Positions 23,888-37,110 of a stretch of 64,000 nucleotides of DNA are shown here, one piece after another. The notes beneath the pieces are model-generated. The model was not told where the DNA came from and made no database searches. It was given only the letters and a program-made list of their open reading frames with translations. The translations under genes were made by a program, and so were the position numbers. Source of the DNA: Lama glama (lineage: Eukaryota); the NCBI GenBank assembly GCA_028534125.1, contig CM052817.1:35652001-35716000 (forward strand), in the 5' to 3' direction. Position 1 is the first letter of the stretch; every line of letters begins with the position of its first letter.

Positions 23888-24273
23888 TCTCAAATGGAAG
23901 CAGTGAGATAGGTATTGTTACCTTTCTTCTGCAAACCACAGATTTCCTGAGGTTTTGCGTCAATGGGGATTTTATCCTAGCAGTCAAAGGCATGACTTGA
24001 CCCTAGGTTTTTCTATGGGTGCGTCTTAGAGCAGAATCTGAGGGTATAAGTAAAATGCTCTTCTGCTGGAAGCTAATTTTAGACATAAGTAACGAATGAA
24101 TCACTAAATAGCTTATGGTTATGTTTTTATTGATTTATGACTCATCAAGTGCTCCAATCTCTCAGGCAAAAATAGTGTCTTTCCATGTAGGTGATTTGCT
24201 TTATCTGACCTCAGGAAATCTGTGGTTTGCAGAAGAAAGGTAACAATACCTATCTCACTGCTTCCATTTGAGA
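23888..24273. repeat. perfect 66-bp inverted repeat with 254-bp spacer
   Basis: 23888-23953 is the exact reverse complement of 24208-24273. Confidence 0.97.
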
Positions 24274-24944
24274 GAATTCTCTGCTTTATGTTTTACCCTG
24301 CTCTTGAGAAGTGACTAAGATGCTCACTTTGGAAGATGCATTAACTTTTCAAGCTATATAAATTCCATTTATGAAATTATGTCTCCTTGGGCATGATTAT
24401 CTGAAAGAGTTAATGCTCTTTCTCAGCATACGAATTTACTTCTAAGACCCAGGCCTCCCAGTACACACAGGGTACCACAAAAGGGAGATCAGGGATCTGT
24501 TCTGGGAAGTTGTGCTCAGGATCAGGAAATGAGTCAGGTGACTGCCAAAGTGCCTGAGCATCTTTGTCCACTGTCAGAAGCAGAGGATGACTCCCTATAT
24601 CTCATGGCCTTACACTTTTATTCACATCACTTTTTCCCTGCTGAGAGAACCCTACTTCCAACTCAACCATCATCAATTCCAGGAAGCCACGGAAAGCCTC
24701 TCTACACTTTGCCAACATTATAATTACTATTCGTCTATCAGAAGGAGCTCAACATCAGATTCAACTACTTATTTATTAATTCCATATAGTACTTTCTATA
24801 TTGTCTCTTCTTTAGCACTTAACACAGTATGTTAAATTATTCTTCATTTTCCTTTCCCATTGGAGACATCAATAATCTTTCTTCTTCTGGTACCCAAAAT
24901 AAGCCCTGCCAGATAGAAGTGGCTTTCCAACATTGAATTCATGT

Positions 24945-25110
24945 TAGACTCCCCAAGGAACTTTTTGAAAATACCAATCCCCGAAACTCACCCCATACGA
25001 ATTAAGTCACAATTGCAGAGCAGTGGGGAAAGCCAGGCATCGGGGCATCAGGATTTTTAAAAAAGCTTTCCTGGATTATCCAGTGGTCAGTTGAAATAGA
25101 GAACCACCAA
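24945..25110. mobile_element. MER5-like hAT-Charlie fragment
   Basis: tttttaaaaaagctttcctggattatc...agaaccac motif. Confidence 0.55.
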
Positions 25111-25510
25111 CATAGAGGATACCCAGCGGTGTTTTCCTGAATGAGGTTTGTCCATTGAGCACTAAGTTCTCATTACAGATCCTTGAAGTATCCACATTCT
25201 ACAAAATGTAAGAATCCTAGCTGATACATTCAGTAAGTATTTTCCTTTTCCCCCAGCTAGAATAAAGCAGGAACTTCACAGGCAATTGTATTTCAAGTCA
25301 TTTTACACAAAGGGTTTTACACGAAAATCATTTGTTTCCTAGAGTACAAACTTTAGGTAACAATTTAACCTAATGCGGAAAAAGAAATTAAAGACTCTTC
25401 AAATGTTATCATGGCCAACATGTGGTTAATCATAAAATAGAATAATCTAGGCCATGGTTTTCAAATTGTGTTCAGGGGAAATGTTTAAAACAAATCCCAT
25501 GATTTGTATA

Positions 25511-25688
25511 CAGTTGACCATTGAACAACTCAAGATGGAACTGTGTGGGTCCACTTACATGAGGATATTTTTCAATAGTAAGCACTACAATACTACAAGG
25601 TTCAGGGTTGGTTGAATCTGCAAATGTGGAGCGAACCACAGAGGTCAGCTATAAATTAACCCCCCTACATTGTTCAAGGGTCAACTTG
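25511..25688 (+). mobile_element. MER8/Tigger2-like MITE
   Basis: TIRs cagttgaccattgaacaa and ttgttcaagggtcaact, TA-flanked. Confidence 0.8.
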
Positions 25689-26340
25689 TATTTTTATATA
25701 GCTTTATATACGCCATATGCCATACTTTAACATATTGGTGATTACTGATATATTAAGATACGTTGGTGGTTAGAATTCCTTTTGTGGTACTTCTGCCATA
25801 CCATGTGCATGTACACATGCATACACACACACACACACACACAAGTACCTTTTCTGGAAATCAAACCTGCTTAGGTCTGCTCACATAAAACTGTGTAAGT
25901 GAGTTCATTACTAAAGCATGTGTGTGCTAGTCTCAACCATATGCTGGCAAGATTTAGGAGCACTAGCTTAGGGGCTGTAGTTCTCCTGGCCAAGAAAAAA
26001 ATCCATTGTGCAATAAGAACGCATAATATATCACAATGCAATGCCTTAACGTCATAGATAACTTAATACATTTACACTTTAGGTGTTCCTTTTCAGATGT
26101 TCACATTATAGGGAATGCAAACATTATTATATATTGGTGATATAATTTTGATACAAACATATACCAGACACTTCTATTTCACACTTCCAGATCAATTCAG
26201 CTGAGGAGTATCTGCTATTTTAAAGTAATCTTTTTTAACGATGATCATTTACCCTTATAACTACTTACTTTCATGAATCCAGTATATACAACTAAAAATG
26301 TAGTAAGTTGTATATTGCTGCTGGTAAAGTGCAGTGATTC

Positions 26341-26434
26341 TTAACTGTAAATAGATTTTATTAGCAAATTTGCCCTAACTAATGAGCTTAACTGTAAATA
26401 GATTTTATTAGCAAATTTGCCCTAACTAATGAGC
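26341..26434. repeat. perfect 47-bp tandem duplication
   Basis: 26341-26387 is identical to 26388-26434. Confidence 0.97.
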
Positions 26435-26619
26435 TAATACATTGATTTCAGTAATAACGTTTATTACAAGTAAATACATACTTGAACTTATATATTACAT
26501 TTATTAACCAAATACAACTTTCATATTTTATACATAAGTATTTCAGATGGTTTTCTTAGAGAAGTGGCAGATTCAAATGCTTTAAAAAATAAACAAAAAC
26601 CTTGAGAATCTACTGATTT

Positions 26620-27290
26620 ACGTGACTGGAATTCAACATCTCTCAAATTTCTCCTCTCCTTTCCATCCTCATTACACACACTTTGCTTCTGTTCAACATG
26701 GTCTCCCCCACAAGCTATTCCAAAAATCCCTTAAATGCTGATTTTGTCTCCAGGAATAACTACCAGCATTCCTGCTGCCCACTGCCACCTGAGTAATCCT
26801 TCTAAAACCCTGATGTGATCGTGTCACTCTACCAAGTACAAACCTTCAGTGTTTCTCCATTGCCTCCAAGTCAGGTCTGAACTTGGTTAGCATGACTTTC
26901 ACGACATTCAAGTTTCCTCTTCTAGATTTCCAACCCCAAGAGTTCCTTCTGAGTCTTCTCAGCCTTTGCTTTGTGGGATTCCTCTCCATCACCATGACTG
27001 ACTCAGGTCATTCCTCTACCTGGAATGTTCTGATCCCTCCTCTTTCTTCCTCAGGTCTAACTAGAGAACACAAATTCATCCTTCAAAACCCTATTTAAGT
27101 GCGGCATCCTCTGATGCTTTCCTTTATATCCTCTTAAACCCCTTTATTTATATGGGTCTGTTTCCCTTGCCAAACCACGAACTTTTTAGGAGCTGGGACT
27201 AGACTATATATACCTCAGTTTAGTATAGGAAGCACAGCAAATTATGCAATGCTTAGTATATGGTCGGTACTCAGTATAGGTTAAAGCAAA
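26620..27290 (+). mobile_element. L2 fragment
   Basis: aaaccttcagtgtttctccattgcc and ttcctctacctggaatgttct motifs. Confidence 0.6.
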
Positions 27291-28681
27291 CTACATCATA
27301 ATTCTCGAGTGTCTACTACTACTTCTTATGCAGGATATTTAAAAATCAATTCTCAGTATAAAGCAGATCGTAATTTCTGTAATGGTACTTAACATAGTTA
27401 CAAGCACATTATTAGCAGGTAGTACCTAGGCTTCTCAGGAGACTAAAGGCACAGCACCTCCAAACAGAGGTAACTGCTTGCTACTGGTTGGCTATTGTTA
27501 TGAGAAATATACATGGTAAGTAGATTCTTCTAGGAGAGTCAGATTACCAGATCAAGACTTTAAGCGTGCAATTGGTATTTTAATAAAGTTTTGTAGTGTG
27601 TGTGGAACTGTGTTTTTCCAGAAAACCAAACCTTCTTAGGATAATAGATTTTTTTTCAGATACATCTTAGGGAGTATGGGAAATGCCAGACATGTATGTA
27701 AATCAGTGCAGACAATCATGTTTAAAATTGGAGCTAACTGAGGTTTTTTCCAAACCTCTTAGACTGCAAGTATAATGTCTGTCAGCTGCGCATTTTGTAA
27801 TCACTATATCTTAAAGCTCCGATTTATGTGCAGGAGGGATGGGGGGAGACTTCTCTGCTTGGCTGTATTCTCCTTGGCGTACTTCCTGTGGATATCAACC
27901 CTTAGGAACCCTAATTCTCTTAGTTAGTAAATCTCTGACTAAATAGGCTAATTAGGAGAAATAATATATTAATGGTCTGCAGCCACGTCAAGCCAAAATA
28001 ATTCTCCTGTCCTTCCATTAGGCAGGAAGGGAAGTGGGAGCAGGAGCTGAATTTAGTATTCCTTGTTGCCCACTAAGATTAAGGCTTGGCATCAAAATGT
28101 CTCAAGTTTGGCTTGACTCTGAGGGCTATTAGGTTTAAATGCTTTTCTTCTGGGGACCTAGCTTTCTAGTTCAGCATAGAGGACTACTCTGCAAGCATAC
28201 AGGACTGCTCCTGAAAGCACCACTGGCCATTTTAGGGAATGAGGAAGACTGTATGACCAGAAGCTGTCTCCACACGTTGTAGGTAGAATGAAAGGAATAC
28301 TGCAGAAAGCCCATTGCAGAATTGGTGGAGGAACTCTGCCCGCCTCCAAAAAAACGAGAGCATGCTGGAGTAACATTTGATTTTAGGAGGGTGAGGCAAA
28401 TGAGCTGCAGGACTGCATTTTGGTTGCTAGAGGATTAGTTAGTGGAAATGCCTCCCAGGAGACTCCTTCTCTGTCCTTTGCTGGAGCGGTGGAACACGGA
28501 ACTCGGAGTAACTGAGGAATCTCTGCCGGGCCATGTGGCTACAGAAAAGGCATATGATGCTGGGCATGTGATTTAATTTCTCATTGCCTGTACTCCCTAT
28601 CTGAAAAGAGCAGAACATTCTGCATAGGTATGTTGAGAGAGTTAAATAAATCAACACTCGTAAAACACATAGAACAAAGAA

Positions 28682-30335
28682 GGGCCAAGATGAAAGAGTA
28701 GAAGGACGCTCGTAGCTCACCCTGGCCCACAAGTACACCAAGAGTGACACCCACGGACCCACTCATCGAACCAGAGCACCTGCTGAACTTTGACGAAACA
28801 TTACCTTCTTCAAAAGACAAAATACACCACTAATCTGGTAGGAGAAAAGGAGAAAAGAAGGAAGAAAAAGGAAAGTAGTGCAGGACCCATCCCATGGGGA
28901 GGGAGCAGCAAAGGAGGAATAGTGCTTGATCGCTGGGTCTTCCCCTCTCCAACAGAGAGGTCAGCTGGATGGAGGGGGAACTTCCGAGGCTCGGATCTTA
29001 CAGAATAGCCCTTGACCAACAGAACTAAGTTAAATGGGCACAAAGGGTCCCCACCACCCCCAGCCCTGGCCATGAACCGGCAGGTATGGGACAGGACAGA
29101 CTGCCCCAGCCAGGCTGAGGACTTGGGCCGGCTGTACAGAAGCAACCTTGGGGGACTGCAGTGTGCCGTGCACCATTGCTGGGAGGGTATACAGAGCGGA
29201 ACAGCCTGGGTCTCCCATAAAATACAACAACAACAACAAAAAAAGCAAAGCAACACTGCTGGTGTGCCCTGGGGGGGAGGGGCGCCATAGCCTTTATCTC
29301 CACAGACCATGGCACCATTACTGGCATGTTCTTGGGAAAGAGAGGCAGGGCTCAACCACAGCCGCCTTATCCTCCCGTCTGCAGCTCCCAGATGGAGGTG
29401 GGGTCAAAACCTGAATCTGTACCTGGGGGCTGTGCAACCTCATAGATGGGACTGAGCCTTGTTTACAGCCCCAGGCAGATAGGAACATTCTGCCCTGGTG
29501 CCTCTGTGAACTCTCACCTCTAAGACAAATGAACAAAGAGCAGAGTTCTGGCACAGAGCAGGGGTGAGGGCTGGTTGGCCGTTTTCTCCGAGCTGCCTAA
29601 GGAGCACGGACCTGACCTGGACTGGGAATCTGCACGGAGCGGGAGAGCTACCCGCGCCCCTACCTTGCATGAGTCCGACTGCTATGTAGGGAATGGGCAC
29701 GACCCACCCGCCTACCAGCACTGGGAGCAGCAGAGACCAGGGGTGGGACCAGAGGGCCTGTGGAACCAGCAAGCAGAGTTCACACAGCAGGGCGAGGGCA
29801 GGAGCAGGGACAAACACAAAACAAAAAGGAGGCCCCATTCAATAGCCAGGGCGGTACTCAGCTCTAAAAAGTGACAGCATAATGCCATTTGCAGCAACAT
29901 GGATGGTCCTGGAGAGTGTCATTCTAAGTGAAGTAAGCCAGAAAGAGAAAGAAAAATAGCATGTAATATCACTCATATGTGGAATCAAAAAAAATTAAAA
30001 AATGAAGACAAATGAACGTATATATAAAACAGAAACAGACTCACAGACATAGAACACAGGCTTGTGGTTGCTACAGGGGAGGGAGTGGGAAGGGATAAAC
30101 TGGGAGTTCGAGATTTGCAGATACTGACAGGTATATATAAAATAGATAAACAAGTTTATATGGTATAGCACAGGGAAATATATTCAATATCTTGTAGTAG
30201 CTCACAGTGAAAAAGAATATTAAAACAAATATATGTATATTCATGTATGATTGAAGAATTGTGCTGTACACCAGAAATTGACACAACATTGTAAACTGAC
30301 TATAACTCAATTAAAAAAATTAAACACACACAAAA
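28682..30335 (+). mobile_element. L1 with 5'UTR joined directly to the ORF2 end/3'UTR (internally deleted), inserted in a MIR
   Basis: Starts gggccaagatg..gagtagaaggacgctcg (L1 5' end). GC-rich UTR runs to ~29854, then tactcagc...aatgccatttgcagcaacatggatg (ORF2 end), 3'UTR and A-rich tail. Degenerate TSD acacatagaacaaag / acacacagaacagag. Confidence 0.8.
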
Positions 30336-31234
30336 ACACACACAGAACAGAGCAAGGAAGTCCTCAATTAATTTTAGTTACTTTAAAAACTTTGAGAATA
30401 TTCATACAAAACAGTTCAAAATTAATCTCTAGCCAGGGATGCCCACAAGCTTCTGTTTTCGTTTTTTTTTTTTTCCAGCCTTGCCCTTAGTATTTTACCA
30501 TTATCACTTCAGCTGTATTTTACATGTTTAGAGCTGAAAGACAAAATAACTATAAACAAGTTGTGTAGATCACAAATCTGGAGATTAGATTGATTATTCT
30601 TCTTGGAGGTCAGCCAGTTAAGGTTAAAATCATGACCAAAGCATTTCTTGTTGAAACTACATTCCTGCCCCTCAACTTAATTTTTTCTGTAAAACACAGA
30701 CCTGAAGGAGCTGTTGAATTATCTGAAGGACTGAGTTGAAAGTCTCAACTTTTAATTCTTCCAATAGAATTCTTTACTACACACATGTCCCTTTATGGCT
30801 GACACCAGAGCCTTGCTCCATAGGATGGTCAGCCAGCATCTCTTGCTTTGGGAAGACCCAACGCTAATGTCCCATCCATTTGTAACATTATGACAGCAAA
30901 GCCATGACAGCTGTAAAGTTGCCCAGTGATGTAAATTGAAAAACACTTGCAAAAACTGGCAAGATAAGCTACTCTCAGCAGTCATCTTGCAAAAGTTGGA
31001 TATATCTATGAAACAAGATTATCTCTCTTGCTTTAAAGAACATAGTATATTTATTTTTCTGTTATTTAGAAGGATTCTCAAAAGCAAAATGAAGTCAGTA
31101 TTTGGGATGTCACTGGATATTTTATTTGATAAATAAAATAAAACACGATTGCCTCCCAGATATTGTATTATGTGCCAAATACAGTGTAGGAAGTAAAACA
31201 GACGTGCATCCTAACTTCACAGAACTTCATCTAA

Positions 31235-31410
31235 GCATGTAGTTTCAGATTTTAGGTGCGTTAGAATTACTTAGGAAGCCTGTTTAAAATGTTGGCTCTC
31301 AGGACTTGGATTCTGATTCAGATCACCAGTAAAAAGCCCCGAAAACTGCATTTTTCACAGGTGCCCCAGGTGATGCTGATATAGGTCATCCAAGAACCAG
31401 GCACTGAAAA
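31235..31410. mobile_element. MER5-like hAT-Charlie
   Basis: ctgcatttttcacaggtgccccaggtgatgctgat motif. Confidence 0.7.
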
Positions 31411-33474
31411 CTGGGGCAGTAGACAATCCAGGCAAACCTTGCTAAGAAAGTAAGGGTTTGTGATTGACATCTTTATAGTAGTAATTTGCAATAAAGGGAC
31501 ACGGTAGCTAAGTATCAGACTTCTGTATCATCCTGCAAGCAGAGACAAAACATATCTGGAAATGGAGGGTAGGGGGAAAGATTCCATTTTACAGGGCAAT
31601 TTTGCCTAAGATGCAAGCTTTGTCGTGGCTCAGGCTCTTCCAGGCGCCCCCTCTTCCATCTGTGACCAAGTCTCTCAGGACTCTCAGTACCTGTTCAGCC
31701 TCTTTCCCAAGCCCCTCTGCTACCAATCCAGCTGTTCAGAGAAAAAGCCAACTGAATCAACACGAGCTATATTTACCACAAGTGAAAGACTATCAGTACT
31801 TGAGATAGCAGCAGGGAATTCTGACATCTGGTGGCACCAGATGATTAAGAAAGGCATTTGGCAAATCAAAGTGGGTGATGCTTAGGAAAGACAGCTGCTT
31901 GGTGGGATCAGGATTGAGCCAAGCTGGCGAGAGAGAGAACTGTCTCAACTTGCCTGCCAATTCGCAAGACTTCTCCTTAAATCCCCCAAGGTGTTATCCT
32001 TACAGACAACTAACTCTATGAAGCAATTTGTATTACTGTACATTATTTTACATCAATACCTAGCATGTAAAAGTGAATATTCTTTCATAGATTATCTTTC
32101 TTTGCCTGAAGATGAAAGAGAAGCATTTCTTAGCAATGCTGAGAAACTCTGGCTTTCATCAGTCAGGTTTCTTGTCGGAACTTTAGTTACTTGTCCGCTT
32201 GGGGCAGGCGCCATAAACAAATAATGTGCCCAACGGAGGTGTGATTTTTAGCAAGGCAGCCTTCTCAGTGTCTTAGTACAGCAGCTTGCTCAAGGATCCT
32301 GAACGATCCTACGTGGAAACAGAAATCCCTGAAGTTCTCCCTTTTGGGTTAATATTGATATCTCTGTGTGAAATGCTGATGGTACTTTCTCTGTGTGGAA
32401 GCTCAAACAGCAGAGAATAGGGAAAAGGTCTGGAGTAAAGATCAAGGGGAAAAAAACAACTTTTGTGGCAAGAGGACAGAAAATTTGCATCACAGTAGTC
32501 ATGAAGCAAGTTTCAGAAACCCAGCAGAGGGAGACGTGAGATTCAGCAGGAGGACCTTCAACCCCTGGCTGATGGGAAAAGGGAAGAGAGGTGGAAAAGG
32601 GGCTCCGTGCTTACTGACACGACCTTAGAAGCTGTGTCCTTAGGATTTGCCTATTCTTTGTCCTTGTATTTATTCATTCCTTTGGCAGGTATTTCACTAA
32701 CACGCCCCAATGTGCTTCATTCAGTGCTTGGTGCTGGAGATATCAAAGGAAGCAAAGCAATAAACTCGTCCACCCTACCCTGCTTTTCCTGCCTTCCCCA
32801 AAACGAGCAGACTGTGCTGGTGATTCACTGCTTAGGACAAAGAGGAGAGGATGACTGTGATGCCACGGTCTCCCTGAAATCTTCTGACTTGTTCAGCCAT
32901 CTTACCTTTTGTCTCTGTGTTAATCACTGAGAATTCACTTCAATAAGCTGCACTAAAACTCACCCATTTAAAAAAAAGCAGATTAGAACTATTAAATAAT
33001 TATGAAACAATTTAATATAGCTTCAAGTACTTTAACTAAGGATATTTAATACTCTTAAAGACAGTTTCAACCTGAGTTTTCCCATCACCCAAATCACTTC
33101 CTGCCAGACAGTTAATTATTAGAGAAGAATATTAGATCTTCTAATGCCACTAATGTGTCAATAATGTGAAATTAATACATTTATAAAACATTCTAACGTG
33201 TCAGTGATAGGTAATTTTGAAATGCATGCTGTGCAAGAAAACATGTATTTTAAAGTTTGTCTCATCAGTGATGGTTCTTAACTATTTTAAAGAGTTCAAA
33301 TACTCTTTCTTAGGTCTTGTTTACTTACTTTCATTGCTGCCTTCCATTGTGACCCTGTAGAATTTATTTGCAAGGTTATCTCAATAGAAGGAGAAATCTA
33401 GAAAGGCTTTATAGTCTATCTCCTTGCACGTTATCTAAGTTCCATATTATCCCAATTCTCAGTTATTAGTAACA

Positions 33475-33680
33475 GTAACTACTATTTGCTAAATGCCAAA
33501 ATGTGCTGGGCATCATGCTAGGTCTTGCGTAAAGCATTTCCTCATTATCACATGTAGCATTTCTGCCAAGTAGGTCTTATCCCATTTTCACAATCAACCA
33601 AGGCTTAGAGAGGAGGAGTTTATATAGCAAGTGAGCAAAAGTGACAGACCCAAGCCAGGACACAACTCCTACGTCTGCTC
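33475..33680 (-). mobile_element. MIR SINE
   Basis: gtaggtcttatccccattttcaca...aggcttagagagg core. Confidence 0.7.
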
Positions 33681-33878
33681 CCCCGACCCCAGGCCACTAC
33701 CCCAGCACCTCATTAAAGTCTTCTGGTAGTTTTCAAGGACATGAGTAATTTTTGTAAATGTCCCAAAGCCATAAAAGCCATAAAGAAAGAACCTGTAGTC
33801 TCCGTTTGTCATGTATAGAAATAGACATGGATATGGATAATTAATCTGTTCATTTTAGCATTCAAATTCTTTATAGGT

Positions 33879-34902
33879 GATGGGATTAAAATACAGCATC
33901 GTGGCATATTGAATATTTTAAGCTGAAGGGATTTGAGAAAACAGCAGAAGCAGGAAGGTTACTCTGACTTCCCCCTTCAACCCACTCACCCCTTCTCCTC
34001 TGACACAGATCATAAATCGTCATGTGAGAGATGCCCTCCTTATACCCAGAGGAAAGAAGCATCCTTATCTCCAAAGACAGGAGTCCGCCAAGAAGAATGC
34101 ACACAAACAGGCCTTGCTAAGTTTCCCCAGTTTACCACACTTATCTCACATTCCTTAACCTCTCATACTCCTCCATAACCTTCTACTCTTTTTAAAATTT
34201 AAGTATAGTTGATTTACAATGTGTTAGTTTCTGGTGTACAGCATACTGATTCAGCTATACCTTATAATTCTTTTTCATATGCTTTTTTGTTATAGGTTAT
34301 CATAAGTTATTGAATATAGTTCCCTGTGCTATACAGTAGGTCCCTGTTGTCTATTTTATATATAGTAGTTAGTATCTGCTTATCCCAAACTCTTCATTTA
34401 TCCCTCCTCCCTTTCCTGTTTGGTAACCATAAGCTTGTTTCCTATGGCTGTGAGTCTGTTTCCATTTTGTAAATAAGTTCACTTGTACCATTTTTTTTAG
34501 ATTCCACATACAAGTGATATCATATGATACTTGTTTTTCTCTGTCTGACTTAGTTCACTTAGTATGATGATCTCCAGGTCCATCCATGTTGCTGCAAATG
34601 GCATTATCTCATTCTTTTTTATGGCCGAGTAGTATTCCAATGTGTAAATATACCACAACCTCTTTATCTAGTCATCTGTCAATGGACATTTAGGTTGTTT
34701 CCATACATGACCTCCTGCTTTTCATGAAATCGTACACAAAAATATCCAGACCTAACTGTTTCTTTAGGTCTTCATGTGTCACATAAAACTTATGTTAAAT
34801 ACATATATATCATTTTTTCCTGTTAATCTATCTCTGTCAGTTTAATTTGCAGACCTAGCCAGAAACCATAATGGGGTTGAGGAAAATTTTTTCCTCTCCT
34901 AC
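33879..34902 (+). mobile_element. ERV1-class solo LTR (MER34-like) interrupted by L1
   Basis: ggcatattgaatattttaagctgaag start motif, resembling the provirus LTRs; ends ctctcctaca. Confidence 0.7.
34188..34705 (-). mobile_element. L1 3' end inserted in the LTR
   Basis: gattccacatacaagtgatatcat...ccatgttgctgcaaatggcatt; degenerate TSD cataaccttctact / catgacctcctgct. Confidence 0.9.
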
Positions 34903-35269
34903 ACATGTTTATGTATTCTTTGGCTATTGAATTTGGTTTCTTAAATTCTCCCAAAAAATAAAAAGTACTTGTTAAGCTCATTTGATCTAAAAATGCAAAA
35001 CTTTTTCAGCTCAGAATTTTTTTTCTTCCTGCTGTTTTTTTGAGTTATTGCTTCCCCTCCATCTGTTCCCTTTTTTCTCCCTTTAAACTTACTGTTTGCA
35101 TATTAAATGCTGGAATCCAGCTACCTTTTATCTTTTAAACATGATTCCCGTTTCTTGGTATTTTTGTTCCCTATTATGAGGTTGTACATCAATTTGATCT
35201 TCTAGATTATTGCTTCACCTCAGCGAGGTCCATTGTCTTTTCATTTTCTCTGTTGTTGTTTTTTAATCA

Positions 35270-37110
35270 CATATGCATTCAGCAGGTATTAAGTATGTAT
35301 AGTGGTCCTGGCACTAGTCTAGGCCCTTGGGGCCTATGAATGAATGACATAAAACAGATAACTCTCCCTACCTATGCAGAGGTTATAATTTAGTGAGGAG
35401 AGACAGACATCAATAGTACACAAAATAATTAATTATATAACATATTAGAAAGTGATAAATGCAATAGAAGAGAAGGAAGCAAAAGTAGGGTAAGGGAGAT
35501 TATGAATGCAGGAAGCTGGGAGCAGATGGCTCTATTAATAAGCAGAGTGGCCTCATTGAGAGAGTGATAGTTGAGCAGTGATGTGAAGGAGGTGAGGTAG
35601 TTAGCTACACTGATATCTGAGGGGAGAGCTTTGTAGGCAAAGAGAACAAAGGTAAATTGACCTTGAACTTGAGACGGGACAGTGTCTAGTGTGGGTTCCA
35701 ATATGGTTGGAGCAGAATAAGCAATGGGAAGAGTAACAAGAAATGAAATTAGAAAAAAATGGAGAAAAGTATAGTGGATAGTGTCGTGTATTATCTGAGA
35801 CCTTGTAGCCCTCTCTGGTGGCTTCTATTCTCAGTGAAACAGGAAGATATTGCAGGATTTTGAGTGGAGGGCTCGTATGACATGATGTGTTTAACAGGCT
35901 CACTCCGTCTACCCTGTTGAAAAGGGAAAAGGAGTCAGGTGTTGAAAGCGGGAGACCCATAGGAAGGGTATTTCAGAAATTCGGGTGAAAGATGATGGTA
36001 AATGGGACCACTGGTAAAGGTGAGACATGGATATATTCTGAAGACAAAACCCACACAAAGCCCTGGCAGACTGACTGTGGAGTGTATGAGAGAAAGAGAG
36101 GAGTCAGGTAGGACTCCAAGATTTTTGGCCTGAACAATTATAAAAATGAAGTTGTTGTTAACTAAGATGTGAAAGCCTGCATACATTTTAGGGAAGAACA
36201 AGAATTCAATTTTAGACATACTGAGTTTAAAATGCCTACTGAATATCTAAATGGAGATGTCAAGTTGGCAATTGAATATTATGCTAGTCTTCTATCACTG
36301 CTGTAACAAATTACCACAACTTAGTTTAAAACAACACATACATATTTTCTTACAGTTCTGTAGCTCAGAAGTCCAGCATGGGTCTTCTAGGGTTAACATC
36401 AGGGTACTGGCAGGGCTGTATTTCTTTCTGGAGGCTCCAGGTGAAAATCTGCTTTCTGCTGATTTGTTGTAGGCAGAATTCAGCTCCTTGCAGTTGTAGG
36501 AGTGAAATTCCTGTCTACTTGCTGGATGTCTTCTGAGGGTCATTTCCAACTTCTAGAGGCCAATCACAGTCCTTGGGTTATCTCTCCCTCCTTCCATCTT
36601 CAAAGCCAGCAAGGGTGGGTTGAGTCCTTCCCACTCCTGAAATCTTTCCTCTTCCTTCTTTCGCCTCATCTCTCTGACATATTTCCTCTGCCTTCCTCTT
36701 AAACTTCTAAGGAGTCATGCAATTACATTGAACCCACCTGGACAATCCAGGATAATCTCCTCATCTGAAGGTTCTTAACCTTAATTACATCCACAAAGTT
36801 CCTCTCGCTGTGTAAGGCAGTATATTTACAGGTTCTTGAGATTAAGGCATGGACATCTTTGGGAGGGCGTTATTCTGCTTACAGAATATATCTTACTATT
36901 TACATATCTGGGATTCAGGAGAGAGGTTTAGGCTGAGGATATAAATTTGAGAGTAGAGGGAATGTAGATGAGTCACATAGCAGAGTAAGTTTAGATGGAT
37001 AAGACAAAGGTTTGAGCTCTGGGAGAAGAGAGGAATCCATCAAGAGACAAAAAGAAGTTAATAAAGTAGAAGGATAAATAAGAGAGTGTGATTTCCTAGA
37101 AGTCAAGTGA
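35270..37110 (-). mobile_element. L2 LINE interrupted by MLT1
   Basis: L2 motifs at 35270-36280, resuming at ~36900. Confidence 0.75.
36280..36885 (-). mobile_element. MaLR MLT1-family LTR
   Basis: ctgctgtaacaaattaccacaa...tttctggaggctccagg...ggacatctttgggagggcgttatt. Confidence 0.85.

Noticed and set aside
28790..29900. GC-rich block with many ORFs, considered as SPINK2 exon 1 or a CpG promoter
   Set aside because: It is an L1 5'UTR and encodes no signal-peptide exon.
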